Shown piece after piece: positions 1 through 11,482 of a stretch of DNA of 64,000 bases. Each line of letters begins with the position of its first letter. Position 1 is the first letter of the stretch. This DNA is from Tubulanus polymorphus. Lineage: Eukaryota > Animalia > Nemertea. Location of the stretch: assembly GCF_964204645.1 (NCBI RefSeq), contig NC_134030.1, positions 13,448,656 to 13,512,655 on the forward strand. The letters are read 5' to 3'. The notes beneath the pieces were generated by a model. That model saw nothing but the letters and a program-made list of their open reading frames with translations, was not told where the DNA came from and made no database searches. Position numbers and translations under genes: made by a program.

Positions 1-377
1 ATGAGTCGTACGTACTGTGTTGCTATTTTGCTTACACACCGTCCAAATATAATGTTTCAACTTGAAAATTAGTTCTGAAACTTTCTAATGTAAACATTGA
101 CTTTGGTATCCTCGGAAAATATTCACTCTTGAATGCAACAAGACTTCAAACTAATTTTTCCCTGCTAATTTCTTCATTTTCTTAGTGTAAGCTTCGGAAA
201 GTTTTGCTCTTTATTCACTCTTGCCTGTAACTATAGTAACAAGCAGCTGGGGTGCAGCGAGTCAGCGATGCTCATGGTGAGTTTGACCACTTACAGCTGT
301 CAGTATCAATTAAATTGTTGTTGATACTGGCTCTTTGAGAGTGGAAATGCCGCGATCGTAACCACTGGGATAGACTT

Positions 378-660
378 TAGCAATTATCAACATGATGATA
401 GATTCCGTTAAGACACTACAATATTCAAATAACAACTATCCAAAAGCTTGCACTAACTTGGTCCACGTCTACAATAATACCATTCCGATATTCCCAGTCC
501 CCGTGTGTAACATTTCATGTACGATATACGACAACGCCGATCTCTTAGCTCTAAGTAATCAGTTCAAAGTTCGATTAATTCTACTACAGAAATACAAAAC
601 CACCAAGCAAGCTTTCAGTACAACCATGTCAGCAAGCCCATTTTTAGAATTTCTTGTTTT
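378..660 (+). repeat. Interspersed repeat fragment with a second copy at about 22406-22690
   Basis: Near-identical ATTATCAACATGATGATAGATTCCGTTAAGACACTAC...TTTAGAATTTCTT. Confidence 0.85.
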
Positions 661-3600
661 CATTCGTCCCCCAGGGGCTGCCCCTGGGGTGGAGTTTCTA
701 TTTCAGATGCTACTAGTCCTACAGTTTTAATCAGATCAATTCCAAATTTGGTATGAATGCTCTATGGAACAAGGCCTATAAAGTTAAAGAGCAATTTTTT
801 ATTCGTCCCCCAGTGGCTGCCCTGGGGGTGGAGTTTTAACTTCTTCAGATTGCTACTAGTCCTACAGTTTTTATCAAATCAATTCCAAATTTAGTGCAAA
901 TGTTCTATGGACCAAGGCCTATAAAGTTATAGAGCCATTTTTAGCGAACCTATGGTTTGCTTTTGCTATCACTAGCTGATGACGTCATGCTTCCAATGCA
1001 TTTGTCTATCGCGAAAAATTCCAGTAAACCGGGTGGCACACTTTTTATGTTGATGGTCCTGAGATCTGATTTTTTTTATCAGAGGTGTCATATAGTATCT
1101 ATTTTACAATCTGAAAATTTCATAGAATTCTGAACTCTTGTTTTTGTGAAATAATCGAAAATATACCAAAATCGAAGCAAATTGCTGTTCTTTTTGTATA
1201 CATGTGTTCCTGTGAAATCAAAATAGACCCGGACTGCTAGTACTATAAAGTTTTGGTTGTTGTTCAAACATTTTAACATAATTTTAGCTGGAAAAACGTC
1301 TAGATTTACTTCCAGGCCGGTCTAAACGCAGGGGTCTGACTCTCGCCTAACTCTCTAATAACGTGGCTCGACCAATGAACTATCGTTTCTTGGATAGATC
1401 CAAGAAATATGGTAGCCTATTAGGAACATTTTTAAAATTCAAGTGTGGACAGAATTCGCGGAATGGTGGATTTTTATTTTAAATTCGAATCGAGATCAAG
1501 GTTAAATTTTATTTCATAATATTTCAGTCGCAATGTTGACATTTTGTTTCAACAGATCAAAGTTTTGGTTTCCTTGATTATATTTGTGAATGACCCCGAT
1601 GCGTCTCCGTACACTAGACACCGCGCACTACCGCATTTCCTGGTTTATTCACACGTGTATTTACACGGTATTTCTGCTCATTGAAGGTAAGATATTCTAT
1701 GAATAATGATTGTCATTGGTCCTTAGTGCCCTGAAAATGTCTACTTCAGCAAGATGTTAGTACGGGACCGACGGACAGGATATCAATCCTCTTGTCTAGT
1801 ATGACACTGTGATTTCAATTCAATTCAATGCAATTTAATTTTCACTTTATTTTTATTGATCTTACGCATTGTTTTACAGATACCGGTACCCCAAGAATGA
1901 ATCACCACCTCGATTCATTGAAGCAGGAATTATAGATTTTTTTCAAAAAACACGTTTCAACCAATATTCTAAGACAAAACTTCTGATATGATTAGGCCTA
2001 GCTCCTATCCTATCTTTTGATATGAATATCATTATCTGAAAAGAAATATGGTTATTAAAACAAGAGTTGCCGTTTGATTTTGATCGCTTCTTTGAAGGTT
2101 TGAAAGGCAATGTGTATATCGATTTTCCTCTTCCCATCTTGCCACCGGCCCTTGCAATAAGACCAGCGTCTAATCCATTTTAGACATGGGATATAACAAG
2201 TCTTTAAACTGCCTATTAGTTAATGGTCAGGTGAGCTACAAGACCATTGGTTTTTTAGTTGATTCGTCCCCCAGGGGGCGCCCCTTGAGGTGGAGTTTCT
2301 ATTCATTCAAATCGCTTCTAGTCCTACAGTTTTAGTCGAAACAATTCCAAATTTGGTATGAATATTGTATGGACCTAGGCCTAGGAGTTTCTATTTCTTC
2401 AAATTGCTATTAGTCCTACAGTTTTAATCAGATCAAGTCCAAATTTCGTATGAATGTTTCATAGACCAATACCTACAAAGTGCAGAGCCCTTTTTGGATT
2501 TAGCCACAAGGGGCACCCCTAGGTATGCAGCTTCTATTTCTTCAAATCACACAGTGGAGCTATATAAGCCGATAGGCTCCTTGTGAATTCTTTTTGATCA
2601 GGTAAAATTGTTGTTTCAATGTTACTCCTTGAACCACTGAAAGTAAGTTAAAGGCGTCCTGAATTTGAAAATGATAAGGGTGGCAGCACTGTGCACCAAT
2701 TGGAAATCCAGGTACTCACTCATTGGCCACGTCTCGTTAATGCAACGATTTCGCTGGAAAGAATACAATAATAAACGGAAATGCGTTGTCCCGAGTTACC
2801 TCGGCGCGTAACGGTCAAAATGTATCCCCTTCGCATTTTTCTATTAAAAAAGGTCAAACGCCAAGAACTGTCATTCAAATTCTATTTTATCTACGGCGTT
2901 CAATGATTGGTTCTTGGTTAGAGTTTAACCCCGCCTACAAAGTTACGTTTTGATGACGCGATATTTTGATGACGTAGCTGTCAGATCGGCAGCAGACGCT
3001 ATAACGCGAATTCGGCCATCGATTCAGGGGTGGTTTCCCACCGTATTTTGGAAAGTAAGAAAGCTCTTTTTATCACACAACGTAACTTTTTAAAACTACT
3101 TATAAGGAGTATATAGAAGGTTCATTTATTAAAATTGATTAAGAATTGACCGAGATCTAGTTGTTTGAATGCGTGAAATTTGCCGGTTCCAGCGCGGGCC
3201 GCGCACCGAGGTCGTGCGTAGCTGGACGAGTCTATTCTATAATTTATGCAGGGGGTGTAAAGAGTAGCGGAATCTACTGTTAATTAACTAATCATTAAAA
3301 TCAACTTCCAATTATATGACATTTATATCGTAATAGCTCGAAAATGTGCATTTAACAAGCTTTTTCCGTGAAAACAGCGGCGAGAAAATTTCATTTGATT
3401 TCCGCAAACCAACCTTCCACCCCTCGAAACGAAATGGTGAAATAACGTAAAACAGCTGTCTTTTCTAGGGCACAACATTGGCTTTCATTCTGAATGTTTT
3501 CCATTAGGATTTAAGAGTATCGTGGCCTATGAATTGTCACCGAACACCTGAAACTCCGCAGTTATTCTTCTGTATAGGAAATCTAACGAAACAACGCCTT

Positions 3601-3674
3601 TTTCCGACCTTTTTCCTCAGCTCAATCTTATAATGTTTTCATGTTTTTTATTCAGAAGTCAAATAATAAACAAT

Positions 3675-6600
3675 ATGATAAGACTAAGAGTTTCAAGGAA
3701 AAGAAAAGAACAGGCCAGGGCTGCAGCAGCCACAAAAAAAGCCAAACATGGTAATATAAGATTAAAAAACAACATTATTTATTAACAAATCTTTATTCCA
3801 AAAATATATATGTATCTTGATATGCACATGAATTCTTTTTTTTTTGTAGAATCTAAACAATGTTTGAAAACTAAAATGGAAGAAACTAATCAATCAATCA
3901 CCAATCATGAAAAACAAATTAATTTAAGTAAGTTATTTTGCAGATCTAGGGAGGGGGGCCAGTAAGCCTGCCCCCCCCTCCTACATTACTGAAAAAAATC
4001 TTACATAATTTTACATAATACATACTTTCGTTTAAAATGAAATATTACATCTTTGTTTAACTGTATAAGAAGCAGGGAAAGGGAATTTCACATGCTTTAC
4101 TGAAATGCAGGAAATCACCCCAAATAAGAACCCAGACTCGCCAGTACCAGGCGCTGGAAAATCACCTTGCACCTTGCGCTTGGTGACATTGTCTTAATGA
4201 TATATATTTAGGCCCACCCCATCCTCGCTTGCCAGAGGTCCGGTATCACTCCCGAACTTGCTTCCACCAGACCCCTGGCCCCACAAAGCGTGATTCCATT
4301 ACTGGCACTGTTGCTCATGACGTCATACATCGATTTGCGAAATACTTCCTTGTTCGGTGAAACGTTCGCTGATTGGTCCATTTAACGGGAAATCCAATAG
4401 AAGCCTAATGTCGGTTGTTACAAGCGCTGTGATAGGTACGACCGGATTCTGGTCAGCTAGTAACGACTCCAACGACTCGTGAGGTCAAGGGGTTCGGGGA
4501 ACAGCTTTAGCGTAGTGGGTTCGAATCCCTTGACGAGTGAAGAAGGGCCCACCCTAACTGATCTGTTCTTATCTGGAGGGTTTAAATCTGGACTAATTTA
4601 ATCAAATAATTAGATCTTGCTAAATTTTTCTTTTCTTATTTCAGATTTATCCACTAATAACAACGAATCATCCAATCACCAATCAGTTAATTACGATAAA
4701 TCATCCAATCACCAATCAGCAAATTATAATTTCATCGAATCAACGAATCACCAATCAGCAAATTATAATTTCATCGGATCAACGAATCAACAATCAGCTA
4801 ATTTCATTGGATCAACGAATCACCAATCAGCAAATTGTAATTTCATCGGATCAACGAATCAACAATCAGCTAATTTCATCGAATCTGAGTATTATAATCC
4901 ATTACCCCATGTTTCATCCCTGCAAGTCCAGTTAATTGATCACCAAATTATTATACATAATCAATCAATCCAAATTCAAAGCCAGCAGGCAAAAATCAAG
5001 GCCCTAATTCAAGAAAAACAAACTTTGGAAAACCAATTGCGAAAAGACCTGCTGGAAGTGACTTGCAGGGATGAAACATGTATCTATGCAAGAAAACTAA
5101 ATTCAACAAAATCATTGTGTTATTTTCAGGTATCGGTTCCAAGCAAACCATCCTTGCATGCATCTAGAAGGTCTCTGGTCGAGAGAGCTAATCGATTGAG
5201 GACCTTTCTGGTTAGTACGTCCACACGTGTGGACTCTGGATTCTGCTCTGACGATTGTGTTGCAACTCTTGCGACTTTCGTCAAGCAGAATCCAGATCTA
5301 ACCAGAAAGGCCCTCGATTCGGCCAAAATTGGCCCAATGAGCAAGCTCTCTCCATCAGACGCCTTGCAGATGCATCTTCTTCTTCAAATTCCTGAAACCA
5401 GAATTGACAAAATGAAAAGTTTTTTGATATCACATGGCTTAGATATACTACCTAGCCAGATCTCAAATGCGAAAATATAAATCTGCCGTATTGAGCAGCC
5501 TAAATCTAGAGGTTGGTAGTATACCAATGCTGGTTTCAGCGAAATCGAAGAAGAAGACAGGGGTAGTTTACGCTCGTGTTCCCTGCTTACGATCTATAAT
5601 CGAAGCAGTCTGTACCAGACTTTATCAGACCGACCAACTGAAATTTCATCCAGAACACAATGATTCGATCTGGATAAAGTTTGGTGCAGACAAGGGGGGT
5701 ACGAGTACTAAACTGGCGTTTTCGGTCGTAACTCTAGTACACCCAATAGCATTGACCAAACGGTACTGCTCGCCTTCTTTGAAGCCTACGATTCCTCGGA
5801 AAACATTCGGACCATTTTCAGCCAATATTCTGAGCAATTTTTCGAACTAAATTCAATTCAAATTCAGGACAAAGAGGGCAAGCAGCATATTTTCAACATA
5901 AGTAAGTTCATAATCGGAGATTACTGCTGGTTATGCAATGCTATGGGCCATATTGGAGCTTCGGGCGCATTCCCTTGTTTGTGGTGTCTCGTTAAACTCG
6001 CAAATCTCAGGCGAAGGGATGGATCTCCCCATACACCAATGCTTGTTGGAGGTACTTTGGAAAACCCTGAGTGTCAATTCGAGCAAAGAACCGTTTCGAC
6101 CTATCAGGCAGACTTTGACAGCCACATTTCCGGAACTGACACCTCCTCCAACAAAGGAAAAAACAGTATATCCAATTCAATGCTCTTCCCCATCGACAAT
6201 CTCAACCAATTAGTACTGCCCCCCCTTCATTTATCTTAAGGCATTGGATTAACATTATTCCAGCTACTTGAAAATCTATGTGCTGAGCTCGATCAAAATT
6301 CATTATCTACTAGAGATCCCGAGCTGTTCGCTAAGTGGCAGACGCTCAGTGCACAAGTAGTTTCTTTAGATGATGAGGTGAAGAGCGAAATGTTTCAATT
6401 AGAATCACTTAGAAAACACCTGAAAATTTGCGAAACGAGACACCATAAACCCATCAATGACCCTTGCGATGCAGTGATTGCGTTCTCAACGCAGATAACC
6501 ATACAAGGGTGATTGATTGGATCGAATGCGACCGTTGTCACAAATGGCTACATTATCAATGTGCTGGTTACATTGAGAATGTACCGGATGTGACAGTCGA

Positions 6601-7360
6601 CTACGTCTGTCCGCAATGCATTGATGAGGGACTATCGCCGGAGATGATTTCCAACAATTCAACAAAGGTGGCGATGCAATTTGAGCGTGTGAGATCACTT
6701 CAAGCCCGTCTTTCTTCCTCTCGACAGGAACTCACCAGTGTTTTCACACAAGTGAAATCACTGATGGGCCCCTGCGAGACGGCACTTAACCGAGTGCTTG
6801 AAGATGATCTCCATGTTCAGAGACAGGCATACCATTCTATGTGTTTTGTTGGGAATCATATTCGACGGATGTTCCTCATCAATGACAAAGTGGACGCCCC
6901 TGCAAAGCTGCTGTCTGTGGTTAAAGATCAAACAAATGATTACGATCATTTGTATGATCTTTACGCCACATTCAGCAAGATCCATCACTTTTTAAATGCA
7001 GCTTAGATTTTTGTCACCTCTCGAAATAGAACACATGTGCAAGTTGTGTCATGAATTCGGTGAAAAGTTCCCGCACACTTTCCCAATCAAACCATCACTC
7101 CAAAAATCCACGTCCTTGTCTTCGAGGTTCCTCCATTCCTCCGAAGGTGGAAATCCATTGGTATCTTTTCTGAGCAGGGTCTCGAAGGCAAGCATAATTC
7201 CGTAAATGCAGATGTGATTTCCTTCTGCAGATTTCGAAACACAACGAAGCGAGCGGCACTTATATTCAATTCTCAACACCTTCGGAGTTTTTCTTTGCCA
7301 ATCAGCTCAAACGGGAAAGTTGCAGTAAATTCGATCCGAAACATGATGCATCTTATCTGA
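3675..7360 (+). pseudogene. Spliced Chapaev/RAG1-like DDE transposase with an internal PHD finger, disrupted
   Basis: Predicted exons 3675-3750, 3850-3927 and 4645-7360 with compatible GT-AG phases. Motifs: WIKFGADKGG (D 5689), GDYCWLCNAMGHIGASGAFPCLWC (D 5919), PPLHLS*G, RQAYHSMCFVGNH, TPKIHVL, SEQGLEGKH (E ~7172-7186). Frameshifts near 5467, 5730, 6475, 7003 and 7083; stop at 6237. Confidence 0.8.
4660..4885 (+). repeat. Coding minisatellite (30-36 bp units) inside the transposase exon
   Basis: Repeated ATCAACGAATCACCAATCAGC(A/T)AATT, translating to STNHQSANYNFIG-like units. Confidence 0.85.
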
Positions 7361-7964
7361 AATAAAAAATTAATGTGAATAAAACAACAAACAATCATGC
7401 ATACTGAAATTATTTTTCGATCAAAAGACAATCATGCAATTGTAATTATATCAATCAAATGAAAATCATGTGAATTCAAATTATTAATCATAGTAAATAT
7501 CAAAATGAAAAAAATGTGTATTTTGGTGACAAAATCTGCAGCATTTAAAGTGATGGTGATGGAAATACATTGCCAAGTGTTATCACTCAGTCCACAGCGT
7601 ATGACAATGAAATGATACATTAAGGTCTTTATCTAAAATCTAAACCCTATGAAACATAATTTAACTCATCATTAACTTATCCATCTCACAGAAACATGTG
7701 TCTTGAATGACCGTGTAAACAGCAATCAAATATCAAGACTATTAGTTAAAACGTTGATATTTACCTACAAACCTTTCTCCCTTGAAATGCTCAAAAATAC
7801 GAAAAAGTGCTGATTCAGCAACAGCAAACATTTCAAGTCCAGCCTTGCGTCTGCCAAACAAACTTTTCTTTTATTTCCATCACTCTTTCCATTTACCTAT
7901 AGATAACAAATGTTTGGCAATGTATTTTGCATGGAACCGATACCTTACTTTTGTAAATATTATA

Positions 7965-8266
7965 AATAGTCAACACAAGTGTAAATATTGTAAATAATTA
8001 CACAGGAATAAGACTCAAGTGTATAGTCAACACAAGTGTAAATATTGTAAATAATTACACAGGAATAAGACTGTGTATAGTCAACACAAGTGTAAATATT
8101 GTAAATAATTACACAGGAATAAGACTGTGTATAGTCAACACAATTGTAAATATTGTAAATTATTACACAGGAATAAGACTGTGTATAGTCAACATAATTG
8201 TAAATATTGTAAATTATCACACGGGAATAAGACTGTGTATAGTCAACACAAGTGTAAATATTGTAA
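7965..8266. repeat. 54-bp minisatellite, about 5.5 copies
   Basis: Unit GTATAGTCAACACAAGTGTAAATATTGTAAATAATTACACAGGAATAAGACTGT; copies start at 8021, 8075 and so on. Confidence 0.95.
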
Positions 8267-9749
8267 TTACTAAACTGTGATTGAATTATAAAAGAATATC
8301 TTAATATTGTTGATTTACATGAGAAAATGATTTATTTGTTATTGATAATAATATGTTGACTTCTTATTATTGACAAAATAAATGTTTATCCTATTTTATT
8401 TATCATACCAATTCAATCAATCTCATCGTTGTTAGTGTTACTCATCAACATCATCTTTCGAGGAATCTGTTACTTCTCCCTGAAAAATTTAAAGGATTCG
8501 CATCATAGCCCATCATGGGCTTATTTCATCAAGGATCAAAGCAATGATGGATTACAGCAAATAAACCGGTGCCATATTCTGAGGAATGATAGTTTCTATT
8601 CTTCTTAGGATGAAATACATTTCAACAGTGTAGTTATGCCAAAAAAGACTAGGCCTAACAGGACTGAATCAGGAAGCACCTCTATAGCCTAGGCCATATT
8701 TCAAGAACATGATCTAAACATGCAATAAATCACCAGAAAATAGCACGAGATAATAAAATGAAGCATTTAATGCCCTGTGAAAATGCGTATTTAGACGATG
8801 TTAATCGATTACGGTCATGAAAATTGAGATGGCCTAACTTGGGTGCATCTTTCAAATCCGCAAAAATTTTTTTTAATTTCCGGCATTTTTCGACGATTTA
8901 AACACAGACAGCTGATCTAAATATCTGAATTCGACGAGAAATTAGTATTACGTTTGCTAAATATCAATAATTACCTGCAGAAGCATCGATGATAACCAAA
9001 ATAGATGTTTTAATCGGGAAAAAACGGTCCTCGTTTCAAATTCGTGGCGGCGGCCATTTTGAATAATTAGCAAATGACGTCACACGCGATGACGTCACGG
9101 AATCGGGAATTTCTTCCACATTAACGAGACGTGTGGCAGGCATCTTGAATTTTTAATTTTCATTTTGTATAGGCCTACAAATCATGTGGTATTGATAACA
9201 ACCTGAGATGATGGAATGTCTATGGAAGGAAACAGATCAGTTATTTTGCACTCTATATGCCTACCATTCAGCTGCTGCGCAATTTTTGGCTTGCGTCAGC
9301 CAAGTGATCATGGCCGATCGATAATCATTTGTATTCTTAATACACTACGCTCGAAGCTATTTTAAGCACACTCAAACGCAATTTCAGTAGCCTGTAATTT
9401 CACTACTAATGGATGAATTGAACGGATTACGTCGAATAATAGTCGACCATTTCTCGGGTCGGCAATCGGCAATTCTTATTGCTGATTGTGGACTCGAGAA
9501 ATGGTCGACAATCAGGTTTCTGACGGCAATTTGAAACCTAACCACTCACCTCATAACCCTCCACGATGGAAGCTTAATTGTTAATGAAATACTGTAAGAT
9601 CCAAGGATTAAAAGAGCTTTAAATATACTCGCCTACAATACTGGTTCTCTTGCTGTATGTTGCCAACATTGAATGGATATTGTCTGAATGTCAAGCATTT
9701 CATCTAGTGGGGATGGTGTCCCTGGACTCCTAGTTTCATTTCTCATTAG

Positions 9750-9971
9750 GAAACAGAAGGAAGCAGTCGCTCACGTGAAGGTAAAGAGAAAAAAGACTTG
9801 AGTCGTGAGCGGGGCGAGAAGAAAGAACAAAGTCCAGGAAGAGATGATCGTAAAGACCGGCACAAACCGAGAGATGATGGTAAGTCGAGGAGAGAGCGCA
9901 GTCGAGATGGTCGGGATAAGGAAAATCGAGAACATAGTAAAGATAGAACAAAAGAGGAAGAAAAAAGACGG
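9750..9971 (+). CDS. TRAF3IP1: TRAF3IP1 exon (charged low-complexity region)
   Basis: cattag|GAA...CGG|gtaaga; 74 codons [21 protein letters not shown]...EEEKRR. Confidence 0.8.
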
Positions 9972-11436
9972 GTAAGAATCTGTTAATTTTCATTTAAATT
10001 TATCAACTCTCTTTGATTTTCAATAGGCATAGCCAAGTTATAGAAGGGCACTAAACTTACCCCTTACCTCTAGTTCAATGGTATCTTGGCTGAAGCAATA
10101 TAAGTTTAATTTGAAGCGAATTCGTTCATCTTTTCTTTTAGATATGTGTAAACATATCAGTTGAAAGATATCTCATGGAAATTTCATGTCTTAGGGGAAA
10201 CATCTGCCGGAATATGTTATTAAATGGTTCGGGTAGTGGTTGTTTAAGATCTGTACAATGACGTACAAGGGCTAAGTAGATATAACTTCTGCCCTTTTAG
10301 CATACTTTCAATGGATGTAGTTCCATTTCAAGTCTATTGTTTTTACTTTTCGGTGGTCTGTTCAATGCTTCAATGGATCGTCTCGATATTTGGTTTACAC
10401 CTACTCGATAACAGCCAAAATACTAGCGCCATCTTAATCCAGATGGCCAATTAGCAGCCGATATTTACTGAAATCAGCATTTAATCCATTATGAAATACG
10501 ATTCCCTAGATACAAGGCTGTACAATGACGTAAAAGGGCTAAGTAAATATAACTTCTGCCCTTTCAGTATACTTTCAATGGATGTAGTTCCAGCTCAAGT
10601 CTATTGCCTTTACTTTTCGGTGGTCTGTCTGATGCTTCAATGGATCATCTCGATATTTGGTTCACACATGTGTCTACCCGAGAACAGCCAAAATACTAGT
10701 GCCGTCTAAATCCAGATGGCCAACTAGTAGCTGATATTAACTGAAATCAGCATTTAATCCATCATGAAATACGATTCCCAGTGGGGTTATAGCAGGGGAA
10801 TTCATTGGCATTCTGTTCATGCTGGCCAGTTCACCAATTTTTAGGCCAGCCATAGACTGAGCCTATTATTATAAAAATTGAGTGAATTTAAAGGACATGG
10901 TTTCCAGGGGGAAAGCCTCTTGACTGTGCAACTGAGCATATAGTCATACCAATCATTCATTAAAGCATTATCCATTCTCCAAATTCTAGCGAGCTTTGAA
11001 AAATGGCCTGGTTGAAATTCACATGAGCTAAAGAATATTGGTTTTAAAAACAAGCCAATTATAAAGCAAAGACTCCTCTTTAACACGTTCGCTGCCAATG
11101 ACGAGATAAATCGTCATGGCGGGTGCACCGCAGCTTGCCATGACGAGTTATATCGTCATCGATTCAACGTCATTTCATAGCGTTATGAACGACCTGGCAG
11201 AGGCGAGAAACCAGCTAAATAATAGTCTGGCAGTATGGAGAGACAAATATAAAATTTATGGGGGTAACTCGAGTTTGAGTTTTTTTAAAATAAAATTCTC
11301 CAGGAAGCACGAATTTCAGATTCTTTTCCGGCCGATATTTAGAGATGTCACCCTGATATAATTTGCATATTTCATAATCATATAGATCTACAATGTCATA
11401 TCGAACAGTTCATAACATTTCATAGCTCTACTACAT

Positions 11437-11482
<46 letters not shown>

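Larger units (their letters stand above)
2728..9133 (+). mobile_element. Chapaev-type (CMC superfamily) DNA transposon, full length
   Basis: Perfect 15-bp TIRs CACGTCTCGTTAATG (2728-2742) and CATTAACGAGACGTG (9119-9133). A 4-bp TSD TGGC flanks both ends. CAC...GTG termini with a 4-bp TSD are characteristic of Chapaev elements. Confidence 0.85.

Noticed and set aside
392-730. 112-aa ORF with a paralog at 22246-22692
   Set aside because: The similarity comes from an interspersed repeat; the copies differ by frame-changing indels and no domain is recognisable.
4484-4534. tRNA gene
   Set aside because: Only a B-box/T-arm-like segment is present; I could not build a cloverleaf.
7965-8266. CRISPR-like array / 86-aa repeat ORF (7960-8220)
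   Set aside because: Units are head-to-tail 54-bp repeats with no unique spacers and no cas genes; it is a minisatellite, and the ORF is a by-product.
2728-9133. ProtoRAG/Transib (RSS-like) element
   Set aside because: The TSD is 4 bp rather than 5, the TIR is CACGTCT rather than CACAGTG-like with a nonamer, and no RAG2-like kelch gene is visible; Chapaev fits better.
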